Shown: in pieces, positions 53,201-64,000 of the stretch
Layout: each line of letters opens with the position of its first letter
How positions within the stretch are numbered: the stretch's first letter is position 1
Assembly (NCBI RefSeq): GCF_009914755.1
Contig: NC_060933.1
DNA: 64,000 bases
Direction: 5' to 3' (one strand)
Source: the human T2T-CHM13v2.0 reference genome, Homo sapiens
Notes under the pieces: generated by a model
The model's input: only the letters and a program-made list of their open reading frames with translations
Told to the model about the DNA's origin: nothing
Databases searched by the model: none
Position numbers and translations under genes: made by a program

Positions 53201-54759
53201 GGTTATTCTGAGAATTTCAGCGAAGAGAAAGTTTGTCAAAAGTGTTGAAGGTAGCTCTGATAGAAACAAAAATAATCCCTGAATAATGGTTAATTCATAA
53301 AGTAATTTATATGGAGAAAAGACAAACCTAGAACAGTTTTTTCTCTTAATGTTTATCTTTGAAGGCCTCATGTGCATTACTGTTATGAGTGGCTTGGTCT
53401 TGCTCAAAATGGTTTTGTTTTTTCTTCTTTTCCCTGGCCCTCCCCCACCTCCTTTTCTTTTCACAATGTTCTTAAAAAGTTGAGAATGGTTTATCTTAGC
53501 ATTTGTAAGTTTATTTGTGGATGCAATTGTGAAGCTCATCATGTCAGTTTTATGAGAAGTCTGAGTCCATTGTCCTTAGAAAACGAAAATGATTAACATT
53601 GATTTGTTTTGTTACCCAATTGTTTAAATTATAATAACTCTCCATCAGGGTTTTTTAAGTACAGCTGTGTTTATGGATTAAGATCTACTGACTCAAATAT
53701 TTACAGTGTTCCAAAAATTATGAGAACATACAGTGTCAGGAATTTTCCATAGGCTGCTCCATTGGGCTGGAGTGGTTTTCTATTCAACTTGAAGAGAAGG
53801 CTTTAGGACAGTTTCAAAGGGCATCTACAGGTCTGTGTGATTGCATCTCCAGACAGGCCCCAAATGAAATAGCTCTGAAGAAGGAAAACATTGGCTAAAA
53901 TGGCCCTATTAACATGTAATCCTTGGCTATTTTAAAGGAGCTGACATAGAAGGCTTGAGGCCATAAGATTATGAAGGATAGACCCTCCCGGCTTATAAAA
54001 TCTAGCCTGTTGCTGTCACTAAACTTTCTCTATGTTGCTTAAGGATGCCTTTGACTTGACATATTTGAAGTGCAACTGGCCTAGCATGGAAACAGCTCCA
54101 TCATTGTCTAGTTCTATGATTGCACAAAGTATTTCACCTTTCTGGACCTTTTGTTCTTATCTACAAAATGAAGGTAGTAAGGAGGACAAAATAATATAGC
54201 GTGATATTCTGTATGTACAGATGTTCAGTGAACACTCATTGGCTTCCTTCTTCTTTAAGCCACATTCTGCCCCTGGAAACACAGACCTATAATTGGTATT
54301 TTTCCCAGAAGAAGCTTATAAAATGGTAGGAATGATACTGTCTTAGGGATATGAAAGTCTGAGTTTCAGCTTCTCTGTGCAATCTCCTTACCATGGACTT
54401 TAATTAATCCACTGTTCCCTCTCTTGATCATGTCTCTGTTTACTCCTTGTGATCATCTGTTGGCTTCCTCATGGCTGGGACTATGCCTTATTCGACCTTA
54501 TGCTGTGCTGTGACAGAGAGCCAAGTTCATGATAAAACATAAAATGTGTTTTTTGAATAGAAGGATGGAAGAAAGTAGAGGAGGAGAAAAATTGGAGAGA
54601 AGAAAGTGGATGAAAGAAAAAATGAAGAAAGAAATCTACAAATCCTGAATAAGCAAACTTGTCCTATCTAATCCATATAAATAGGTGGAAGACTAATAAA
54701 ACACACACACACTATGCTGAATGATAAAATCACAAGAATAACCTACTAACCTAATACAT

Positions 54760-54990
54760 CTCCACTGAGCTTTATAGTTCACAAAGTTCTTTCACACCCA
54801 TTATCTAATTTGATAATTCCTACAAAGTCCCTTGAACTAGATTGAGCAGGGATAATCACCCTCACTTATTGGGTGATCAGACTGATACTCAGAGCATTGA
54901 AATTATTCACCCAAGGTTATACAGGTAAATGGTGAGTTGAACTAAAACTCCTATTTTATAACTTGAAATGCAGAGATAATACACCATGCA
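54760..54990 (-). mobile_element. MIR
   Basis: acaaagttctttcacacccattatctaatttgat...cccaaggttatacag. Confidence 0.7.
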
Positions 54991-55209
54991 AGTTTAGATG
55001 TACTTTCAGATTTCAGAAAAAGGAAATACAATTTTTAACTAAAGTAATGAAAAGAAGACAGTGAGCTAATTAGATAAACCAGCCATCAAGGTATTAATTG
55101 TTCAGAAAGGGAAATAAGTTCACATAAGAATTGCAAAAGTAATTGGCAGAATACAGTGTTGTTCTAAAACACTAGCCAAATTCCAGTAACGATTACTGTT
55201 TGTGGTATT

Positions 55210-55420
55210 TTGATAGAAGGTATAGAACAGGCATTTGAGGTCAGATAAACCTGCTTTTCAGTACCAGCTCAGCTACTTGTCTATTCTGTGATGCCAAGTC
55301 ATGTAAACTGTTTGAGTGTCAGTTTTTAAATTTGTAAATGGGACTAATAATGCCTGCCTCACAGAGCAGTTATGACACTTAAATGTAATAATCGATGGAA
55401 AGCATAATATATGTTAATAA
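55210..55420 (+). mobile_element. MIR
   Basis: ttgaggtcagataaacctg...ccagctcagctactt...tgtaaatgggactaataatgcctgcctcacagag. Confidence 0.8.
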
Positions 55421-56361
55421 CATGTCCTTAGTAAGGGAGAGATGCAAATTAACTTTGGGAAGCTGTTTGTACTCCTGAGGGGAAATCAGATTTTCTTCTG
55501 TCATGCTGTTATTCTAGGTGAAAACCATACCTTGTCCTGGCATTCTCTCCATAGCATATAACAAGTATAATCCAAGGCAATCCACCTGACAACAGATGTA
55601 ATCCCTAAGAATGCTGAAACATGAGTAATTCCCCTGCATGGGAACATTCTGTGCCTGGCAACGGGAAAGGGTTTAGAAGGTAGCAATGGAGGTTTGTTCA
55701 AACTCTGCTTGCACTAAGAACCTCATCTTCCTGGAGACACTCTTCCCTAGTAGTTCCAACTAATATCCTAACGCCTGGCTTTGACCACCTTTTGTGTCAA
55801 CCTCTGTCTGACTCTGGCTTCTTTGTGACAGCGTAACTCATCTGCAAAAGTTTTTTTGTTCATTAATTTATTGCTTCAGTCAGTTATATATTTAGCAAAA
55901 ACATCTTTACTGCTACCATGCACCTGTTTCCATGCTGATTCTGAAACTCAAGTATGCTAAATCTTCACTCTAACAGCTATGACCTTAAAGACAGCCTGGT
56001 AAAGGAAAGTTTGCACTCTCAAGGAAAAGAGATTTTGATCTTAATTCTCCTTAGCATCATGAATTTGGGAATAATAAGTTACTTTTAGCAGGTGCTATTC
56101 CCCCTGCTTTTCCTTGCATCAATTAACTTACTGAATTATTATTGCAATCCTATGAGGTAGCACTCTTATAATCACCAAGTTAAACTAAGATACTCATATG
56201 AAGTTGTTCTTGATATAATTACATAAAATATCAGACACATTTAATCAGAGTTGACAAAATGTGATAGAGAAGGAAAACTGAAATAGAGTTTGGAAGATGA
56301 AAATCAAAATTTCAAATCTTCTCATCTAGCAGAATGTTGGGCCCTAGTCAGGCAATAGGGC

Positions 56362-57020
56362 TATGGCAGGCAGAATAAAGATACCCATCCTCTAATCCTT
56401 GAAACCTGTGAATATGTTACATTACGTGGTAATATGATTTGACTCTGTGTCCTTACCCTAATCTCATCTCAAATTGTAATCCACATAATTCCCATGTGTC
56501 AAGGGAGGGACCAGGTCAGGGTGATTAGATCATGCGAGTGGTTTTCCCTATGCTAGTCTCATGATAGTGAGTGAGTTCTCATGAGATATCATGGTTTTAT
56601 AGGGCAGTTTTCCCTGATCTTGCACACTCTTCTCTCTCCTGCCACCATGTGACGAAGGTCCTTTCTACCCCTTCACCTTCCACCATAATTGTAAGTTTCC
56701 TGAGGCCTCCTCAGCCATGTGGAACTGTGAGTTAATTAATCCTCTTTCCTTTATAATTACCCAGTCTCAGGTAGTATCTTTAGAGCAGTGTGAAAACGGA
56801 CTATTACACCTGATGAAGGAGATTTGGCAGATATGGTTCAGATTTTAAGGTAGGGAGATTGTCCTGGTTTATTTGGGTTGGTCCCAATCACATGAGCTCT
56901 TAGAAGCAGAAAACTTTCTTCACCTGAATGTAGGAGAGTTAGAGAGATTCCAGGCATGAGAATGATCCAACACATCATTGCTGGCTTTGGGATGGAGGGG
57001 CCCATGTACAAGGACTAGAA
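56362..57020 (+). mobile_element. MLT1D/E-like LTR fragment split by THE1D
   Basis: ggcaggcagaataa...aacctgtgaatatgttac | gatttggcagat...gggagattgtcctgg. Confidence 0.8.
56430..56808 (+). mobile_element. THE1D-like solo LTR
   Basis: taatatgatttgactctgtgtcc...gtaagtttcctgaggcctcc...ggtagtatctttagagcagtgtgaaaacggactattaca. Confidence 0.9.
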
Positions 57021-57455
57021 AAACAATACTGCATTGTTTGGTAAATACAGGGATTAATAAATGGATATCTATGGGATAAATCAAACATAGTAAGATGCTA
57101 ATATAGCATCTAGGAAGTAAGCATATGTGTTTTCACTGTAGTTTTTACAAGTGTCCTTTATGGTTGAAATGTTTACAGTAAAATATTAGAAAAAAATACT
57201 GTCTGATCCTTGCTTGAATATTTACAATGACAGGGTAGTCATTATCTCACAAGACAGTCCATATTATTGTCCATCAGTTCTTGATGTCAGAATTGTTTTC
57301 AGGATACTAATACTTTGCTTTCCTTCCACCCAGTGGTCCTCATTTCAGGCTTGGGGGTCCATAGAGAAAGTCTATTCCCCTAATCCTTCAGAAGACTGCT
57401 GAGAGTGGTATAAGAAACATGGCCATAGGGGGTTCAAGACCTGGCTTTGCCCCTA

Positions 57456-57600
57456 GTGCTCCACTCTTAAAGTGTGGTCCTCTCACCAGCAGCAACATAG
57501 ACATGCAGAATTCCAGGCTGCATCCCAGACCTACTAAAGCAGAATCTGCAATTTAACAAAATCCCCATGTGACTTATTTGCAAGTTGATGTTTGAAGAAT
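57456..57600. mobile_element. MER5A/MER5A1
   Basis: aaagtgtggtcc...accagcagca...cccagacctactaaagcagaatctgca. Confidence 0.8.
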
Positions 57601-57622
57601 GAGATGGGATACCAAGGCAAAC

Positions 57623-57656
<34 letters not shown>

Positions 57657-57714
57657 CCAACCAACAAAAAAACAAAACTAGATGGAATTTCACTATGAAA
57701 GTAGCATCAGGGGG

Positions 57715-58069
57715 TGTATTACTTTGTTCTCACGCTGCTGATAAAGACATACCAGAGATTGGGTAATTTATAAAGAAAAGGAGGTTTAATGGTCTCACAG
57801 TTCTACATGGCTAGGGAGGCCTCATAATCATGGCAGAAGGCAAAAAGCATGTCTTACATGGTGACATAAAAGAACGAATTTGTGCAGGGAAACTCTGCTT
57901 TATAAAACTATCAGGTCTCATGAGACTTACCACTATCACGAGAACAGCACAAGAAAGACCCGCCCTCATGATTCAATTGTCTCCCACTGGGTTCCTCCCA
58001 CAACACACAGGAATTATGGAGCTACAATTCAAGATGAGATTTGAGTGCGGACACAGCCAAACCACATGA
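57715..58069 (-). mobile_element. THE1B/C solo LTR
   Basis: tgtattac...gctgctgataaagacatacc...gctacaattcaagatgagatttg...acacagccaaaccacatga. Confidence 0.92.
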
Positions 58070-59031
58070 AGGATAGAGTGAATTCAACAGTATAGAAACG
58101 TAGAAGAGAGAGTTCCTAGAAGTAGATTACTTGAGTGAATGTGATGAGGAATAAGGGGGAGCTAAAGATCATCCAGACATTTATAGACTGGGTGGCTAAG
58201 AGGATCTGGACTCAAAGTAGCCATAGCTTTTGCTGCTTTAACTGACGTCAATTCAATGCCAAACTTAGAGTAGCATGGCAGTCCTTAGCTGCTGTACTTC
58301 TTGAGCTTTCTTCGATATTCCCTCCAGGTATAAAACCTGTTTGCCTCAGTTCAGTGCTTCTATTAGCGATATTCTTAGGGCTCTCTCTGTCACAGGTTTG
58401 TCCTTGTTTTGCTTACTCAGAGGCACTTTCTGAAAGAATAATACAGCCTCCCTTCCATTTCCTGCCTCCTCCTTCCAATTACATAAGGACAGCCATGAGT
58501 GTTTTAAGCATTAAAAAATAGTATAGATCAATTTGTCAATATTTCTAAATGAGGCTTTGCATGACAGAATGTCTGCTCAGGGACTAGAGCTCTGCTTTCT
58601 TGATACTGATGACCTTAGTTACTGGGATTTCCTGAAGGGTCTTTTATTTTGTTGCTGTTTTAATGAATACACAATAGCATTTTCGACCCAGAGCAAATGT
58701 CCAAGAACACCTTCCATTCTCACCCTTCATGAGCCCTTCACTGGTTTTGCAACTTCTATTAACTCTAATGGTCTTTACTGGTGGTAAATTGTCTCTCTGA
58801 GCATGCTGGTAGCTCACCTAATTGGGTCTACCTTATTGTGACTTGAAATAGCACCAAGGAACGGGGTGTCCTTGGACTGAGAACCTGATTATTTCATCCT
58901 TTAAGGTTCAGCTTAGATAAATATGTTTAGTGAAGTTCTCATTAACTTCCCTACCTGCCTCTAAATGTGGCTCAGACAGGTAGTTGCCTCCTAGTTGATA
59001 AGGATACTGTTTACTATATACACACGTCTGC

Positions 59032-59414
<383 letters not shown>

Positions 59415-59909
59415 TAGACTAACCCAACAGCTAGCATGAAAATTCCTCCCAGAGTGGGAAATCTTTTGTCTATCAAAGTACCTTGATTAGCTGCTTTTGG
59501 TGGAAGATGAGACACTTAGGGCATGGTTAGAGTCAGGAAATTAAATGATTTTTGTTTTCAGCATTAAAAAATCAGTAAAGTTGAGGCATAGAAGAGAACA
59601 GAGAAGTGAGGGGAAATTGAACAACAATGGCGAGGGACTGGAGACTGAATCCCAGGCACATTTGAAACTTAAAACTTGAGCGCAGGTCATTTGATTACCC
59701 AGTAAGTAATTAATGGCACAGTTACAGTCTATCTACCACTTTCTAGACAAAAACATGCTTGGGCAGTCTTCATGGAAATGGCACTATGAACCTGTAGACA
59801 CATTTATAAACACAAAGATATCTCACTTATTTGGAGATTACTATTTCCAGCACAGCCTGTGACCTATGAGTAGGCAGTGAAATGAGAGGATATAAAATAA
59901 CCCCCAATA

Positions 59910-60140
59910 ATAATACATAGCTCGCATTTATGAAGCTTGCTAGGCACCAGGCACTTTGTAAACAGTTTTTCTCATACATGATGTGCCTAACATTTGCAAA
60001 GATAGCGTGCATATTATGCATGTTTCCAATTTTTCTGGTAGAAAAACTGAGACTTGGAAAGGTTAAATGGATGCCAAGGTCTATGAGTTAGAATATGATG
60101 GACTAGCACTAGAACTCTAATTCCAAAGAGCCTGCTATTT
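59910..60140 (-). mobile_element. MIR
   Basis: gaaaaactgagacttggaaaggttaaatggatgccaaggtc. Confidence 0.75.
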
Positions 60141-61661
60141 ACCAAATATTTTCAACCCAAGGCTTCTTCCTATGGATAACTAAATGTGCCTACTAAACCA
60201 AGTTTTAAATTTTAGTCATGAAATAGCCCCTTAAGTTCCAGAGTAGAGCTCATTTACTCTTTTTTTATATGATAACTTAATGATGATACCTGGTTATCTA
60301 GTTGACACATTAAAAACTATAAATTTAATAAGTCATAGTGATGAGGGAATCCAAGAGGTAGGCCTGTGGACAATGTCAGTGAGTATTGGAAAATTAAATG
60401 AGAGCGGACACAAAAGAACAAAAACAAAACAAAACATGGAATTCAAACAAACAGAAACAGTCAGTGTGAGAAAATTCAAAGTTTGTTAAATTCAGCGAAA
60501 TTGTCACTATATTCTGGTCCAGAATGTCACTGTGAAGAGTGACAACTCTGGGTTAAAAAGAAATTATGTTATAGTTCCCATTTTGAAGTAATATGACAGA
60601 ATAAAATATACTTCAGGGGAAAATAATCTAATTTAAATGACTAAAATTTGCACTGGTGCAGTAAATGGCTTTAGCTTATGGAGAGAAGATATTTTGGTAC
60701 CCACCCTGGCCTTGCACATACATGTTAGTTCTGTGTCCTGGAGTTTCACCACTTTGAGTCATATTTACTAGTTTCTACAGTAGGAAAACTAATTATTTCT
60801 GAGGGTCCCTGTGAAGAGGAAAATAGATGACGTGTATAACACGCTCGACACATAGATTATGTTCCATATAGTTGTATTAAATCATGTTGAAAGGTCATTT
60901 TTTGTGCCCAAACGGGAATGTTCTGGCAATTGTAAAGACTTTCCAACATGGTGCAGGTCTTGCCTGAAAATAGCATGTGCATGGAATATTCACTCATCAT
61001 TAGGAGAAGAAAACAGAGAGGGACTTTCCCATTCCTGCGTTATCTATTTCCACTTTGTGGAGAAAGCCATAATGTGTCAGATACACTAACTCTTGTTCTT
61101 CATATCCCAGCCAGCATAGCCCATGAGACAGAAATAGCATTCATCGAAAGCCGCAATTACCTCATTTCACTGGCCCGTTTGTGTGAGATGTGCCTTGCCT
61201 CACAGTGACTGCATGGGGCCAAAAGTCCAGCAAACAGAGCTGCTGCTTGTCCAAGAAATGGCCCTGCAAACAGGAGAGGACAACATGTTCCCTGAGCAGA
61301 TTGGGACCCTTGGCTGTTTCACGAGTGTTTTGTTTTTCAGGCCAGAAACAGTGTCTGAAAACTCCTGGGGATTTCCCAAGCCCCATTCGTCAGGCGGCCA
61401 GGCTTCCTCTGACATCATCTCTGAGTGATGGGGTGCAGAGAGGGGGTCACGCAGAAGGCAGTCCAGGGGAAGCTTTAGCACGATTGCGGGAAATCAAACA
61501 GCTAGTGCTAGAGTGATCAGAAAAACAAGGAGAGCTTTCTGAAAACAGTGTCTGGCACATTATGGACATTCAAGAAGCAGGTCTTGAATGAAACACTGGG
61601 AAATCTAATGACTGGAATCCCAACTTATGTGGTCAGTATATGGCAGAGATGAGATTTCAAC

Positions 61662-61775
61662 TAGGGTGACCAAATATTCTTCTTTTCCCAGGACTAAGAA
61701 CTTTCTATGGATGTGGGAATTTGTGTGCTAACGTTGGGAAAATCCTGGGAAAATTGGGATGAGTTTGTCACCCTA
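61662..61775. mobile_element. MER81 (hAT-Blackjack MITE)
   Basis: 114 bp, TIRs tagggtgac/gtcacccta, 8-bp TSD atttcaac/atttcaat, inserted in a MIR. Confidence 0.9.
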
Positions 61776-61936
61776 ATTTCAATACTGGTGTGTCCTGGCT
61801 TCAAAGCTGATGCCTTTAATCATAAAGCAAAAATCTGTCTTCAAGGAGACTTGAGTTTAATAAAAAACAAAACAAAACACAGGAATAGACAACTATCATA
61901 TAAATGGAAAGAGTATACTTGCTTGAGGAAAGGAGT

Positions 61937-62449
61937 TAGCAGCTTAGCCAACTGTTCACCAATTACCACCACTTCTTGCTAAGAGCACTGTCATTTGTTT
62001 AGAAAATCCTCCCATTAAACATGTATTTCAATGAGCCCAGTCATGGAAATTGCATTCTCCTTGCCAATGAATGGTTTAGGAATGAGCATGTAACATAATT
62101 TTGGTCAATGAAACATGTAGGGAGGTCTGATAGGCAGATTCTTGGAAAGGTTTTCATGTTCTTCAAAAGAAACCAACAAAAGCTTCCATCACCCACTGGA
62201 CATTTTTATATCAGTAGGAGACACTTGTAACTGGGTGGCTGTTTTAGATTTACCAAGGGAACTAAAGCTAGGTTAGAAGATGGGGAAGGTAGCAAGAATG
62301 TGAGTCTTTTATGACATTGTTGAGCTGTTAAATTAATTGGCCTTGCAGTCATTTCACCTCCAGACTTGTGAGATAATACATTGTCTTTATTATTGAAGTA
62401 ATTTGAGACAAGGAATTCTAAAGGCAGTCAATAACATCCTAGTCAATAA
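61937..62449 (+). mobile_element. MLT1J-like LTR
   Basis: tggtttaggaatgagcatgtaac...ttggtcaatgaaacatg...tgacattgttgagctg...cacctccagacttgtgagataat. Confidence 0.8.
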
Positions 62450-62889
62450 AATATCCAAAAAGTAATAGGACAACAGAGGAAGGAGAGCAGCTCATTAGAT
62501 GATACCATCAGGGATGGTTTCATGAAGGATCTAACATTTGAATCTTGCTGTGGAAGAAGGGTATACATTTAACAGACAAAATCAGACATAGGAAACAACA
62601 CTAGAAAAACTACAAAAGATGTAGAGCTCTGGGTATAGCTGGAGGAAAGCAAGGAATCAAATTTGGCTAAAGCTAGGTTTTACAAGAGTGATTAATTGAA
62701 CAGAAAGCAGGAAATGTTCTCAAGAAACAGAACATAAAAAGTTTTGAATTCCAGGCTAAGCAAACTAGAATTTCCTCATAGATGGCAGAGAGTCTGAGGA
62801 TGATTGGCTAGGATGTCACCCTACATCTTCAGAGAACTACTATTAGCCACTGTTATCTCTCCTTTATTTGAACTCACTTCACATTTAGA

Positions 62890-63135
62890 GCCATAGTTCT
62901 CAGCTTTAGAAACATATTAGAATCACCAGAAGAATATATGAACATGTGTGTGATTCTAATATGGTGATTGTAATATGACTTACCTTGGTTCATACACATA
63001 CCCTTCAGATGATATATATATAGGGCATGAGCCTCTGCTCTGAAGAGAGAGGCCTGGATTTTTATTTTTTTTATTTTTTTGCTCTCTGTTAAGCTATCAG
63101 GTGACTTTGAAATGCAATTATGCTTGAGACCCATA
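62890..63135. mobile_element. MER5A-like element with internal insertion
   Basis: tagttctcagctt...attagaatcacc...caggtgactttgaaatgca...ttgagaccca. Confidence 0.6.
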
Positions 63136-63613
63136 GACATGGTCATCTATAATTTTGAATATTTTAACCTTACTTATATGGAAAGTCTCCCATAATGTCA
63201 ATCTAGAAAACATATCAGAGATTTTCTAAGCAAACACCTTCAATTTTATCTCTAAAATAATGCAAACGCATTGTAAACTCTATAGGGCCATGCAAATGTA
63301 CTAACTCTTATCACCATCACCATTATCATTATAATTGATGATCAAAGAAAACACATAGAAATTAAATAATTTATTCAAAGCCAATCTGCACATTAGCATC
63401 AGATCTGGGGCTGAAAACAAAGTTTCAGCATCACTTATCTAGCATTCTTTCAATTAAGCCAAGTTGCCAATATTTCAGTAATGCATATTTCCCCAAATAT
63501 TCTGCAACTACTTTTTGTGGAAAACATATGTTATATTTCTTTTGATCTTCCATAATCCCAGCTATAGTCTTCCTGGATAACTGACTCCTATATGATAATT
63601 AAATCTCACTTTT

Positions 63614-63797
63614 CCAGTGGTTCTAAAACATGAACATACATCAGAATTACCTGAACCTGTGTAAAAATACATATTTTGTGGCCAACTCTAGAATATGTGA
63701 TTCAATAAGTCTGAAGTAGTGATTCTGGTGATTCATACTTGTAAAACATTTTTTACATAAGGTCTATCCTACTTGGAATCACACTTTGAGAGATACT
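63614..63797. mobile_element. MER5A/B
   Basis: ccagtggttctaaaac...catcagaattacctg...tgattcaataagtctg...cacactttgaga. Confidence 0.7.
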
Positions 63798-64000
63798 ACA
63801 TTAGTCCAACTCCATAGGTGAAATTTTTGTCTAAAAAAGTCATTTTTTAGTTAAGTAAAATGGATTTATATCCTGGATCTGACACTTTTTAACTATAACT
63901 TGAGAGAATTACCTTCTCTAATACAGTCTCAGTTTGCAAATATATAAATGGGGCTGGTAACAAATACCTGAAATGTCTACTATGGCAGCACAATGTGCCT

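Overview
Primate (human-like) non-coding genomic DNA: AT-rich, CpG-poor, no CpG island, and no protein-coding exon, RNA gene or CRISPR array that I can recognise. It is either intergenic or part of a large intron; the host gene cannot be named from sequence alone. The window is dense in transposon relics: about 10 Alus (J, S, Y), a full-length THE1C MaLR provirus, three solo THE1 LTRs, several MLT1 LTRs, L1 fragments (two with 5' inversions), many MIR and L2 relics, MER5 and MER81 DNA transposons, and microsatellites including two long GGAA arrays. The long ORFs I can assign are repeat-derived. I find no convincing new multi-gene system. The most interesting signal is a set of apparent local template-switch products: a 70-nt near-perfect palindrome built inside a MIR (25746-25815, pre-miRNA-sized), a 16-bp-arm fold-back inside a THE1 LTR (32738-32771), a fold-back plus duplication in a MER5 (62913-62977), and a 34-bp segment apparently copied 1.44 kb from an enhancer-like region into a site flanked by 12-bp direct repeats (40441-40533). 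Several repeat-free stretches carry developmental TF motif clusters. Subfamily calls come from my recall of consensus sequences, and boundaries of old repeats are approximate.
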